Assembly (NCBI GenBank): GCA_046563655.1
Contig: JAJCTO010000011.1
Span: forward strand, 744,001 to 808,000
Length of the DNA stretch: 64,000 nucleotides
Direction of reading: 5' to 3'
Source: Yuukianura sp. NJ FZ-2021
Taxonomy: Eukaryota
Shown here piece by piece: positions 37,666 to 49,113 of this stretch. Made by a program: the position numbers and the translations under genes. The notes under the pieces are model-generated. The model made no database searches. It was not told the DNA's origin and worked only from the letters and a program-made list of their open reading frames with translations. Every line of letters starts with the position of its first letter. Position 1 is the stretch's first letter.

Positions 37666-37871
37666 ATGATTTCTCCAATGGCATTATGTCTCTCACCGAA
37701 ATTTTCATTATTTTACTCTCGTCGGCACTTTTCGCACCTTTCGCTCAGGACCTCTCACCGACTTCAGGCGGGAGCTATGTGTAAGAGTTGGGTGGAAGGC
37801 GTGAAAAGTGCCGACCAGATTTAAGAAAAAAAGATTTCGGTGAGAGACGTAATGCAATTGGAGAAATCATA
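37666..37871. mobile_element. Small MITE
   Basis: TATGATTTCTCCAAT.GCATTA.GTCTCTCACCGAAAT and its reverse complement at ~37833-37871. Confidence 0.7.
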
Positions 37872-38204
37872 TCCCCAACTTCGGTGGATTCGGTGTCATT
37901 GCAAATTACATTTTTACTCAGATTTTCATGCAGATGACCCATGAAATACTACTGCAACGTGGAGTGGATCGTTAATTCCTTGGACAAGCAACTAACGGAA
38001 TACCCTCCTGATTTGAGGGTTTAACACATGTAAACACACAGTTCAAACAAGCCGTTTATATTCAGACCCAGTGTTCCATAACTTTGGTTTACTTATGATT
38101 CAAGGATTCAATGCGGTATTGAGTTATAAGAAACTAGGAGACTCTGTCAAACGTCAAGTCTGAAGACTAAAGCAACAGGCGGTGGAGAGTTGCACAAAAA
38201 TTTC

Positions 38205-40769
38205 ATGGAAACCTATGATAGCTCTGGTGGTCATGGATTCCAAGTACCAAGTTCCGTAAGTTTAAAGGTTCCGCTGATCATTATTTGAACGAATATTGGA
38301 TTTACTACATAATCATGAACTTATGTAACCAAAAGGATACGACACAGTGGACCGAGGAGGTGGAAGATGATGCCGTATGGGGCGTGTATTTGAAAAAGAT
38401 TCGCTACCAGAGGCCTTCTGTCTTAGTCCAAGTGGTTACCAACTATCCGTCTTCATCTTCTTCCGGGCCAAGCCACAGTCAGTCGTTAGGACGCTCAAGC
38501 GGAATTACGTCCTGCACCACCTCTTCGTCCGACGTCGTCATTGATGAAGTGGACTCTGACCAAGGAGAAATTGCTCATTTGATGTGGGAAACTGTTCGTG
38601 TGCGAGTGCTCAGAGCCGGAACCCTTCGACGAATAGTTGAAGCCATGTCGAACGAGGACAGCGATGTCCAGGTGAGGGAAAGTATTAACTGAAGTTGTGT
38701 ATACAGTCACAGGAAATTATTCTACTGAGAAAAAAATAAACTGTTTTTGAGTAGGCGACGCATCTGAGCGTGTTCTTAGCTACGTATCGTGCCTTTGCAA
38801 CTCCGACTGAAGTACTACAAGAAATCATCTACCTCTACAAGCACTCAAGTCAAGACTCACTACGAAAGTAAGTCAAATTAATTAAGGTAGTTGAGCCTAA
38901 TTAGCCCATGTTTGTTCTTTGTTATAAAGTAGCATTGACCTTACTCGGAGTATTTCATCATAATAGGGTGATGCTGGACTGTCTCAATGCATGGCTCGAC
39001 TCTTATTCTGAAGATTTCGAATCCGGAGGGGATGGTTACCACTGTTTACGTAAAGTCATCCTGCCATTTGCACAAGATCAAGGACTCACTTCTCTGGCAC
39101 TAAAAATTCAATATAAACTGAGATCACGGCGCAAGATGAGGAAGTCTAGCAGCCTGCACTCTCTACGCACTTTCTCGCCGCAGAACATTCGAACGTACTC
39201 ACTCTTGGCCATACCGGAATCACATTTTGCACAACAGCTCACATACTATGATAAGGTGACACATTTTGAAGCAAAACGTTCCATATAGACAAATTGTCTT
39301 AACACAAGTCCATGTTTTTTAGGAACTATTTCTTAATTTGCGTGTTTGGGAATGTTTGGGAGGCTTGTGGAAGCGAAGGTGCGGATGTGCTTCTGTAGCG
39401 GCAACAGTTGAGCAGTTCAATGCACTTTCAGGACGTGTTGTGGCCACGATTCTGGTTGATCCGACTTTACCTCTGCAACAAAGGGCGAAAATACTCGAGA
39501 AATGGATTCGAATTGCTCAGGTGGGATTTCGGGAAAACACTGCTTTTTTTCTTGTAGTTGTTGGGCAGGAATGACGTTAAATTGCATTGTTACAGGAATT
39601 ACGGCAGCTCAAGAATTTTTCGTCGTTGAAAGCCATCATTGCAGGCCTGGAGTCAAACCCAATCTTTCGCCTCTCCAAGCTCTGGCATCTCGTCTCCAAG
39701 GACCGCCTGACCATTTACTCTCAATTATCCCAAATCTTCTCCGAAGACAATAACCGAATGGCACAACGGAGTCTTCTGGAAGCCGAGGGAACTGCCAAAT
39801 TCCCTACACCCACCAAGAGTCCAAAGGACAGAAGATTCTTGTCAAGGGTCCTCCGCTCCAGTCATAGCACGAGAGGCACGACGACGGCAGAATTCGACTC
39901 TCCGAATGGGACGATTCCCTATCTTGGTACATTCCTCTCTGATTTGACTTTCATGGACGCTGCATACCCAGACTACGTACACGGAACACTCATCAACTTT
40001 GACAAACGAAAAAAGGAATTTGAAGTGTTAGCTCAGCTGAAGCTCCTACAAGGGTCTGCCAAAGGATATCGGCTAGAGGAGGATCCGTACTTCACGTCGT
40101 GGTACAACTCTTTAATAGTGTTGGATGACAAGGCTGCCTATGACTTGTCTGTCGCAATTCAAACTGAACGGGTTCCGCCAAAAGGACATCGCAAGAGCGA
40201 CTCTTTTGCTTCAAACTCATCCTCGGAAAATACGGAGAGCGTTTTGGGAATTCCCCCCACTCGAAAGGTAATTTGTAATTTGAAAACTAATTATTATTAT
40301 GTGATTTACATTTATATTGTTCTATTAGGGTTCAATCCAGAGTTCAAACGAAAGTTCCATGGGTTACTCAGAGGCTCCACCAGTCGTACCCGGACTCACT
40401 TCCCCCACGCCGGAAACATCAGTCGTTGTGAAAGTTTCATCACCAGCCAAATCAGATGTAATGTACAAATCTATGATTGTCAGTAATTCGGACCACACGC
40501 CGCAAGTGATAGCCCAAGCGCTGGAAAAGTTGGGTTTCGAAGGAGAGGAACCTCGTCGCTTCTCACTCGTCCAAGTTCTCGCTAATAAAGAACTTAAGTT
40601 CCCCGCAAACGCAAACGTTTTCTACGCCCTGGACAACTCGGGAGTTCCTGGAAGCGTTCGATTGGAGTTGAGGCCAACAACGAACCACACGTCTGGACGC
40701 AACCTTCGCGTGAGCCCCAAACCACACCCGTTGTCCCTCTCATCCGTGAGTCTCAACAACAATCAATAA
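38205..40769 (+). CDS. Rgl: Ral guanine nucleotide dissociation stimulator-like (REM, CDC25 RasGEF, RA domain), multi-exon
   Basis: WETVRVRVLRAGTL, FLATYRAFAT, ATVEQFN, LKNFSSLKAII, GTIPYLGTFLSDL, INFDKRKKEFEVLAQ, C-terminal YKSM...ANANVFYA. Start codon inferred from in-frame splicing. Confidence 0.92.
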
Positions 40770-40884
40770 ATTACAAGTCTATTTCCGGAAGTACATGTAC
40801 TCTACATTCCTCAACAAAACAATCGCATCAACTGTGATTCTATAATAAACGGACTTAACAAACAAAACATTTAAAACTTGGATG

Positions 40885-41871
40885 TTAGATTCTCCGCTGT
40901 TTCTTTCCTCGTGGTGGATTGGAGGAGATGGGTGTGTTATCCGTCACGGAGACAATGTTGAGACCGGCCATTTGAAGTCCCTTTACTGAACTCATACGTC
41001 CCGGACCGAGGCCTTGGATTTTGACTCGAAGTGTTTTCACACTCTTCTTCACAAGATCCTGTAGTCAAAAAGCGGAATCAGCTGTAGGTAGAAATAGATA
41101 CACTGCAGAGTCAAATGACCTCCGTATTATTGGGTAGTTAATAATCTCCAGACAAACTGAAACACATTTTTAAACCCCGATTTCCCGATTTTGAAATCGG
41201 GAAATTAATCACATAAATAATCACTCTTTAGTGCTGTTGAGATATGGCAGATTTGTGTTCAGTTTGCTGGCGTAACGTTTTCAACAGTTGGCCAGTCTTA
41301 CATTGCCTAATGTGATGGCCGTCGCCTGAGCAGCAATGTTCGTTCCTTTTCGCGTGTTTTTGAATCCTTCTATACCGCAAGACCGGTAGCCCAGCCGCTC
41401 ACTTCCATTGTAGTTGGTAACAGTTATGATTGTGTTATTTGGACTGGTTTTGATGTGACAAATTGGAAGATCAGCGAAACGTACCCCGTCAAAAAGAGTG
41501 TCAGGAGTCTCGGCAGTAGGGAACATGTCATCCTTGCTAAATCAAACTGCAATTAGTGGTGTATGACTAATCAATTGCTTAGATTACAAAAGGAGCTTTT
41601 GCTTTACTAGTACTTATTACCTCCTGCCAATGAGACCTATGTCTGTCCCGGTTTCGCCCTGCGTCCCCATATCCTTCTTTGGCATCGAGGCTGCCAATTC
41701 TTTCCGATCATCTGCCTTCCATCTTCGGAATATTTCGTCTTGACGCCGCAAGGGTACACATGAAGTTGAGCCTTCGTGCGAGAGAAGAGTAGATCCTACC
41801 ACTGCAATAATCGGACTAATCGGAGTCCTAATAAGATGACCTTGAGGTTTCCACAATCTAGCCAGATTCAT
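40885..41871 (-). CDS. mRpS11: Mitochondrial ribosomal protein S11, three coding exons
   Basis: [70 protein letters not shown]. Confidence 0.95.
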
Positions 41872-42489
41872 TTTATTGAACCTTACGCTTATTGAAATAT
41901 TGAACCTTATCCTGGTTTCAGAAAGGCACCACGAAAGTTTGGTTGTCCGGTCTTACTAAATAAAAACTTTAAATATTTTATAAATAATCGGACTACGATT
42001 ATCGGAGTCGACCTCAATTGAAAGAACACAGGAAAACGCTTAGAAACACTTATCTTCCCTGAAATCAATAAATAATACGTAGGTATAAGTACGGTAGTGA
42101 AAGCGAAAGGTAGGGAAGTTAGTAACCTAAGTTATTCGCAAAACCGCAAATTCATACAAAACATACATGTCCGTGAAGTATGACCGCGGTTTAACCGCGG
42201 TTTCTGGAGGGGGTGACTATTCCTCGGATACGTCGGAATCGCAAGAGAACGCCGTTCGCAGGGTCTGTCTAATTCTCGGAATCGTCAGATTATGCTCAGA
42301 AATTACTAATAATTAATAAAAGTTAAAAAAAAATTCAACAACTTTGGAAAAGAGCTCTTTTTGGCAAAAAAATAAATGTTCAACTTAATATTGCTGAAAA
42401 AATTGCTGTGTTCAACTGAAAAGTGTAAAAATTTAAAAAAAAAACACTTTTTGGGCACAGAAGAGTAAAGTTTTAACAAAAAAGCATTT

Positions 42490-43590
42490 TAACACAGCAT
42501 TTTAACACAGCATTGCCCGGGGCTGAAAAAAATCCAAAAAAGTTGATTTGACTGTTTTCAACCTAACTAGACTTTTCCCATGGTTTGTGACTCACGTGTT
42601 TGAATAATTTAGAATTTTTTGAAATTTTTTTTTCAAATCATTTGGTTTTTTTTTTTGCAATTGTATTCTAACCAGCTTTGCCCAGCGGTGAGAAAATTCA
42701 CGAATTTTGATTTGACTGTTCTAAACCTAACCAGACTTTTCCCAGAGCTGGACACCCTTGTTTGATTGCTCCAGAATTCTTTGAAATTTTTTTTTGATAA
42801 TTTTTTTGCTTTTTTTTGCAATTGCACTTTAACACAGCTTTGCCCAGCGGTAAGAAAATTCACGAATTTTGATTTGACTGTTCTAAACCTAACAAGACCT
42901 TTCCCAGAGCGGGGCACCTTTGTTTGATTGCTCCAGAATTTTTTGAATTTTTTTTTGATAATTGTGTTGGCCTTTTTTTGCAATTGCACTTTAACACAGC
43001 TTTGCCCAGCGGTGGGAAAATTCACGAATTTTGATTTGACTGTTCTAAACCTAATTAGACCTTTCCTAAAGCTGGGCACTCTTGTTTGATTGCTCCAGAA
43101 TTTTTTGAATTTTTTTTGCTAATTTTTTTGGCATTTTTTTTTGCAATTGCACTTTAACACAGCTTTGCCCGGTGAGAAAATTCAGCGAAGTGGACCCAAC
43201 TATTCTAAACCTAACACTAACCAGACTTTTCCCAGAGCTGGACTCACGTGTTTGATTGCTCCAGAATTTTTTGAAAATTTTGGTTGCTAATTTCTTTGCA
43301 TTTTTTTTCAATTGTTCTCCAACACATCTGTGCCCAGCGGTGAGAAAATTCAGGAATGTTGATCTGACTGTTTGGGACCTTACTAGACTTTTCCCACAGC
43401 TGGACTCCCGTGTTTGAGACTTCCAGAATTTTTTGAAATTTTTTTTTCTAATTTTTTGCAACTTTTTTGCAATTGTTCTCCAACACATCTGTGCCCAGCG
43501 GTGAGAAAATTCAGGAATGTTGATCTGACTGTTTGGGACCTTACTAGACTTTTCCCACAGCTGGACTCCCGTGTTTGAGACTTCCAGAAC
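42490..43590. repeat. Tandem array, ~162-bp unit, ~7 copies
   Basis: AGAC(T/C)TTTCC recurs at ~42569, 42733, 42895, 43057, 43223, 43385, 43546; an inverted fragment lies at ~43740-43810. Confidence 0.92.
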
Positions 43591-43809
43591 CAACCATCGA
43601 ACGATATTTCGTAGTGGAGATGAAACTGACGACTAAAAGGGGGAGATGAAGTTTTTTATTTGGGATTTCAAGGACAACGTTCGAACTTTGTGAACCCTCC
43701 CTGTTGATGTTTTAAGTGTTTGGCATCTTACGAACCCAGAAGCTGAGTCTGGTTAGGTTTCAAACAGTCAAATCAACGTTCCTGTTTTTATGAGAACAAT
43801 TGCTAAAAA

Positions 43810-44705
43810 ATGCAAACGAACCTTTGAATCCGAAATTAAAACTTTTGAAGAAAATTTAATTTTTTTTAAACAAAATTTATCAAGGAAGGGTCAAAAAGTA
43901 AAGTTGAAAGCGTTTAATCCAATTGATGGTGCGTATATTCCTTACAGCAATACAAATGAATATTTGACAACTTTCTTTGCAACTTTTCACTATGAGAAAC
44001 TTTCATTAACCGACAAACAGAAACTGAAGTCGAAAAAGTGGGAAAGATTAAAAAATGAGTTACTGCCAATCCATATTAAATCTCTTATTTGGAGACTTTG
44101 GCATAATGCCATTATCTCTTTTGACATTGCCAAAAATATGGGTTTAATTTCGGATGGTAGTTGCCCATACTGCCGCCAAACAAAGACTAATTGTTCGCAC
44201 TTAGTTTTGTGTACATCTACCAAAAAATTGTGGGAATATGTCCAGTTATTATTGCAAAAATCAAATTCAAGGGATCTGATGTATGATAAGACTTTTGGTT
44301 GTAATAACGATTTTGCTAATTACCTTATTTTTTGCGCAATTTACATTTTATACAATAGATTTATCTATAACATTAATTCTGGTAAGACAGATTTTGATAT
44401 TTTAGGTAAATATAAGCAATTTCTATTTCAAGCTATATATTTAAGTTTTCATAGCTTTAGAAGTAAGAATGACATAACAAAATTTAGAAGACTTTGGTCT
44501 GAAGCTGAATTTATTGAAATCAACCAAACTTCTGTTGAAATTAAGTTGTAATTTTATTTATATTAGAATTTATTTACTTAGTTAATAGTAATTTAGTTTA
44601 TTGCTAATTCCTCTTTATCTAGATACTACCATGCCTTTGTAAACTCAACCACTTATCTCAAGAAAATAAATCTTTCGACATTCTTAAAAAAAAAAAAAAA
44701 AAAAA
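43810..44705 (+). mobile_element. 5'-truncated non-LTR retrotransposon (L1/Tx1-like ORF2 C-terminal zinc-binding region) with poly(A)
   Basis: KSLIWRLWHNAI...CPYC...SHLVLC...LW; AATAAA ~44665; A-tail 44687-44705. Confidence 0.8.
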
Positions 44706-44730
44706 TTAAGATTAGGTCAGGTTAGGTATT

Positions 44731-44970
44731 AGTAGTCTGCTGGAGACGCATGTCTACGACATGATGAAGAAGACTATTGATACGACTTTGTCTGTCTCTC
44801 CGTCCGTCACACTTTTTAGGATTTTTTGCAATGAAACATGAGCTCCATTGTGTTCGTGGGGTTATGTATGCCTCAAGTGTTTTCATTAAGTCTACATTGC
44901 ACTCAAAGTGTTATCTTAACAACGTAGAAATAGGCAGCCACTTTACGCACCCGCAGTATTGTCGTCATTG
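44731..44970 (+). mobile_element. HINE 5' fragment
   Basis: GGAGACGCATGTCTACGACATGATGAAGAAGACTATTGATACGACTTTG. Confidence 0.85.
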
Positions 44971-45356
44971 TATTCCATTTCCAATCCTGAAACCAATCTA
45001 AACCACCGGTCCGATGATTGGCAGCATTCGGTGGTTACAATGGACGGATTTACATTGTACTGTATCCAACGATTTCGGGAAGGAAAACGTTGTGAGAGAA
45101 ATGTTAAAAACAAACAATCCGCCCCACTAAAAAATCTCACCAAAAAACTTGAAAAAACCGCTCGTGAGACTACCTTAGTAATGCGGCGTGTCTTTTTATT
45201 TAGGCCTTGATTGAAGTCGTGCCTAATAAATTGGTGTAATTATCTAAAGTTTATTACATATTACACATAAGCGAAGAACCGCGTATTCCTAGACGCAAAA
45301 AACGGTAACTACTCTTCAAAGCGCATGTCCTTACAAATCCTTTCTTTTGTAGCAAA

Positions 45357-46082
45357 CTATTTGTTGCAATTTTTTCTGGAGTAAGTAATGGTTTTGGTGG
45401 TATCAAAGCCTAAGCTTTTTAAAACCAAAAGCACTGCCATCTTCGTTTTCTTCTTGAGCCGCTTCCTGGGAGATTCGACGTAGTAAACAGTTTTTCCAGA
45501 GTAGCAAAGGGTTTTAAGTACAGCTGATCCATCAGTCCAGACAATTGCACGCCTTACGGATCCATCACCTACTAAGTCGTCGTACATTTTAGAATGTTTT
45601 CTGCTCATTTTGGCCAGAATTACGTGACGAAAACAACAGTTGTTGTGAACGGAAGGTTTGTTTCCAAGGTAGACTGTTTCAATGCACCGTGTTGCCTCGG
45701 TTGGAGATTGGCCCATTTGATATGTCCATCCAACTCTAACGTTTCCGTAGCTCCAAGTGTAAGACAGCCTTCCACCGGGCATCACACCATAATCGGATCC
45801 ATAGCAGATCGAGTCCAAGTCCGCATCACTGGAAATTGGTACTCCTCGCATGTACAGGCTGTCGATAAATGCTCCAAGTTGACTATTCATGATATGGTAC
45901 TTGGCCTTGCTCAGAGCCTTCTGGAGTGCACTGTGATTGTTTGGTAAACTTTGACCGAGACAGCGACAATTGTCGCATTGGGGCTCCTGAATGTCATCTA
46001 CCGCCCATGACCTTCCTTCAACGCCTTTTGTACACAGCGTACCTAAGGCGACAAGTAGATATTTCCAACTGTGCGAAAACAT
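45357..46082 (-). CDS. Single-exon secreted cysteine-rich protein, unknown function (~241 aa)
   Basis: Open frame; signal-peptide-like MFSHSWKYLLVALGTLCTKGVEG; about ten Cys. Confidence 0.6.
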   Translation of the reverse strand: MFSHSWKYLLVALGTLCTKGVEGRSWAVDDIQEPQCDNCRCLGQSLPNNHSALQKALSKAKYHIMNSQLGAFIDSLYMRGVPISSDADLDSICYGSDYGVMPGGRLSYTWSYGNVRVGWTYQMGQSPTEATRCIETVYLGNKPSVHNNCCFRHVILAKMSRKHSKMYDDLVGDGSVRRAIVWTDGSAVLKTLCYSGKTVYYVESPRKRLKKKTKMAVLLVLKSLGFDTTKTITYSRKNCNK

Positions 46083-46609
46083 TACCTCAAATTGAGACTG
46101 TTTCAGATTTGACCTGAATGAGAAATTGGGATGAAATGCGCCAAGATAAACTTGCTGAACTGAAGGTGAATTAATGAATTCATGACAAAAGAAAGAGTGT
46201 TGTTGGATGTCCACTTTTTCGATATTTTATCCACGCCTTGATATCAAGTGGAATTAAGCCACTTGGCGTTTAAGCATTCAGCCACACTGCGCTTACCAGA
46301 TTATACCAATAAAAGTCTGTACTGGTGGCAAAAAAATGCATTTTAATTCCGCGTTTTCTTACAGATCGTCATGTAATTTGGATGCTAATAAGCCAATATT
46401 GTAATTTATTAATTTCAAGTTTTATTTCAAGCTTAATTAATACTAATTACTGAATCTGCATAAGTACTATCAGTTGTAGCAACGTACTGAGCTACTCATT
46501 AAGTAAAAGCCAAAGATGGCTAAATAATTAATTCAACGATATAATTTGAAGGTTAGTAATAAAAACTCCAGCCTTGAAATCCAATTTGAATATTTTCAAG
46601 TCCTCCAAA

Positions 46610-46735
46610 AGGCATGTCCTTTCAGAACATCGTCATGGTAGTAATTAAGTGTTGCCATTTTTTTGGAGAAGGTAATGGCTTTGGTTGTATCGTATCAAAA
46701 CCTAAGCTTTTCAAAACCAAAAGCACTGCCATCTC
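46610..46735 (-). pseudogene. Truncated paralogous 3' end of the 45357 gene
   Basis: CCTAAGCTTTT.AAAACCAAAAGCACTGCCATCT shared with ~45408-45441. Confidence 0.65.
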
Positions 46736-46944
46736 CAAAACCGTTTTGCGGAGCCACGATACTGCGGGTATGTAAAGTAGCCGCCCACTTCTACGTTGTT
46801 AATGTACGACTTTTACAATGTAGACCTACTAAAAACACTTGAGCCATAGATAACCACCCGATTGCGATGGGGCTTATGTTTCAGCGCAAATGTTTCAGCG
46901 CAGAAGACCTATGCTCAACCCTAGAGCATTGCCCTACCTTGTTT
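46736..46944. mobile_element. Rearranged HINE fragment
   Basis: Minus-orientation internal piece fused to a plus-orientation 3' end AGAAGACCTATGCTCAACCCTAGAGCATTGCCCTACCTTGTTT. Confidence 0.8.
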
Positions 46945-48157
46945 TGAAAAATTCTTTAAGAATCGTGTTCAGCATACTTAAATTAGCCTAGAAACCGATT
47001 TTAAAGAAATTCGAAAGAACAAAAAATTTATCAAAATTTTGAAAAAAAAATTCGAATTTTTTTTTATTCCCGGTCAATTTTTTTTTGTGTTTTGTTATGT
47101 GGGGTCCATGTGGTGTTTGTACAAAAATTTTCAGATTTTTCAAAAAAAAAGTACACGAAACCAGAAATTTTCCATAATCTATTCTTGAAATGGTTTCATG
47201 GTAATCCAAATTAGCACGAGTCTTCATGCATATTTAAATGACGTTTTGATGAAGTTGTACTTAAGAGACTTCGTTGGAGTGACATTCCAAGCCAATTTTT
47301 TGCTGATAACTTTATGTGGAGTTATGCAAACAAAATTATAAATGTTCCGAGTTTGACAACATTTGTTTGAACCTAAACGCAAGTTTAAACCTACCACGTT
47401 GATGTTGGCTCAGAATTTTGGAATGACTAAGTCTTCCATACCCCACAGGATTCGTACCGGAATTCTGCTGTCAATGATTTTTGAGTGACTTTTGGTTTTA
47501 CATTCGTTGAAAAACCTGAACGTTAAATATGTTATTACTTAACTTCTAAAAATGTATAATTTAAACCTGAAACTTTAAATTTTCGTACTTTGCAGGCTGT
47601 TTCGAGAATATCGGGATGCGTCTTATAAGTGAGAGTGTCTTACTGAGAGAAAATAGGTAGGTAACTATATTTCAGTATGTTAAATTGCTAGTTGTTACTG
47701 TTAGTTACGGGAATTCAGTTTCTGTATTCTTTTAACCTACTTCAATACCGTTAATTTCCATCAAATGTTGGCATTTACTTACAAAAAATTCAAAAAACAA
47801 AAACCTTGACATGTTTTAAACTTATACAACCATTTCTATTTTTGATTTGGTATGAACATTAGTTTTTAATTTCTATAACCTTTTAATTTTTGAACTAAAC
47901 CTACACATTAAAAATTAATTTGTAGTTTGACACTTCTTATAGAACAAGGTATTAGAAACACTGGCTTTATCATTTCGTGATTGCATTAGCAGTGGGTTTG
48001 GCCTAAAAGCTTTTACGGTTCCGTTATTTACAAATACATTTACAGAATTAATTTTAATACGAGTTTCACCAAGAAGTCTTCAAGCCAATGTTAATTTTTT
48101 CTCGGACGTGAAGCCGCGAGTAAATTTCAGAGAATAAGAAGCATTCTGCGTTAAGAT

Positions 48158-48393
48158 CAAGGTTGCTATAGCAACCAATTGAACTTCCTACAACAGGTTG
48201 TTTAATACCTTGGGGATTTCAAAAATCTTGGTGCAAACAATTTTTTGAACCAATTCCCATTACATTACATGCAAACCATTAACAAAGAAAGGCACGGGAA
48301 AGCCAGTTTTGCGAATTATTTAAAAAATTAAATACTTTGCCTTCTTGAATAACCTGTTCTAGAAATCAACAATCTGCTTGTTTACCAACCTTG
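48158..48393. mobile_element. P-superfamily MITE related to the 48890 element
   Basis: Left end CAAGGTTGCTATAGCAACC identical to 48890; right end TTGTTTACCAACCTTG resembles the end at 52486. Confidence 0.75.
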
Positions 48394-49113
48394 TTTAAGT
48401 TCACACCTTCATTCTATAAACCATGTGCCTGTTACTGGTTTTTGCAAACTTGATTTTAACTTTTCTTGCATCGGCAACATCAGAACAACCTTTCCGTATT
48501 CGGAATCTCCATAAACTGATGGATCAGTTTCCACACACTGACAACTTGGTAATTGCTGAAAACGAGCACTTTGAAATTACTTCAAGTTTTGCTGTTCCCA
48601 TTAAATTGTACTACATGTGGAGCAGACATGGAATTTGTGAAGGTTTTTTCTCCGGTGAAGAAATTTTCAACAACTGGCATATTTTTGGTAAACTAAACAC
48701 TTTGGAAATATTTCTCATATTTCCAACCACTGTATATGGAGATCAGGAATACAAAGGGCCGTTGAATTCATGCTTTCAATCGCACTATGGGAATGAGATA
48801 AATTCTGGTGTTGAAGATTACGGCGGTAATTTTCCAAGACGCTCCAGTATACATATGTTCATATTTTCAATCGTATCAATCGTCCTAAACAAGGTTGCTA
48901 TAGCAACCGATTGTATTTGCTACAACAGGTTGTCCAGTACCTCCCTGTTTCAAGTTTTTGGAAGAAAACAATTTTTTCCTCCAATTTTCCTCCAATTTTT
49001 TTTACGCCTTTCCTCCAATTTTCCTCCGATTCGGTTTACGCATTTTCTTCCAATTTTTTCCAACTGCTCGACTTGATTTGAATTAAGAATTCGAGTATCA
49101 GGTAGATTTAACG

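Noticed and set aside
42633..43593. Lys-rich repeat proteins
   Set aside because: Translations of an A/T-tract tandem repeat with frame changes.
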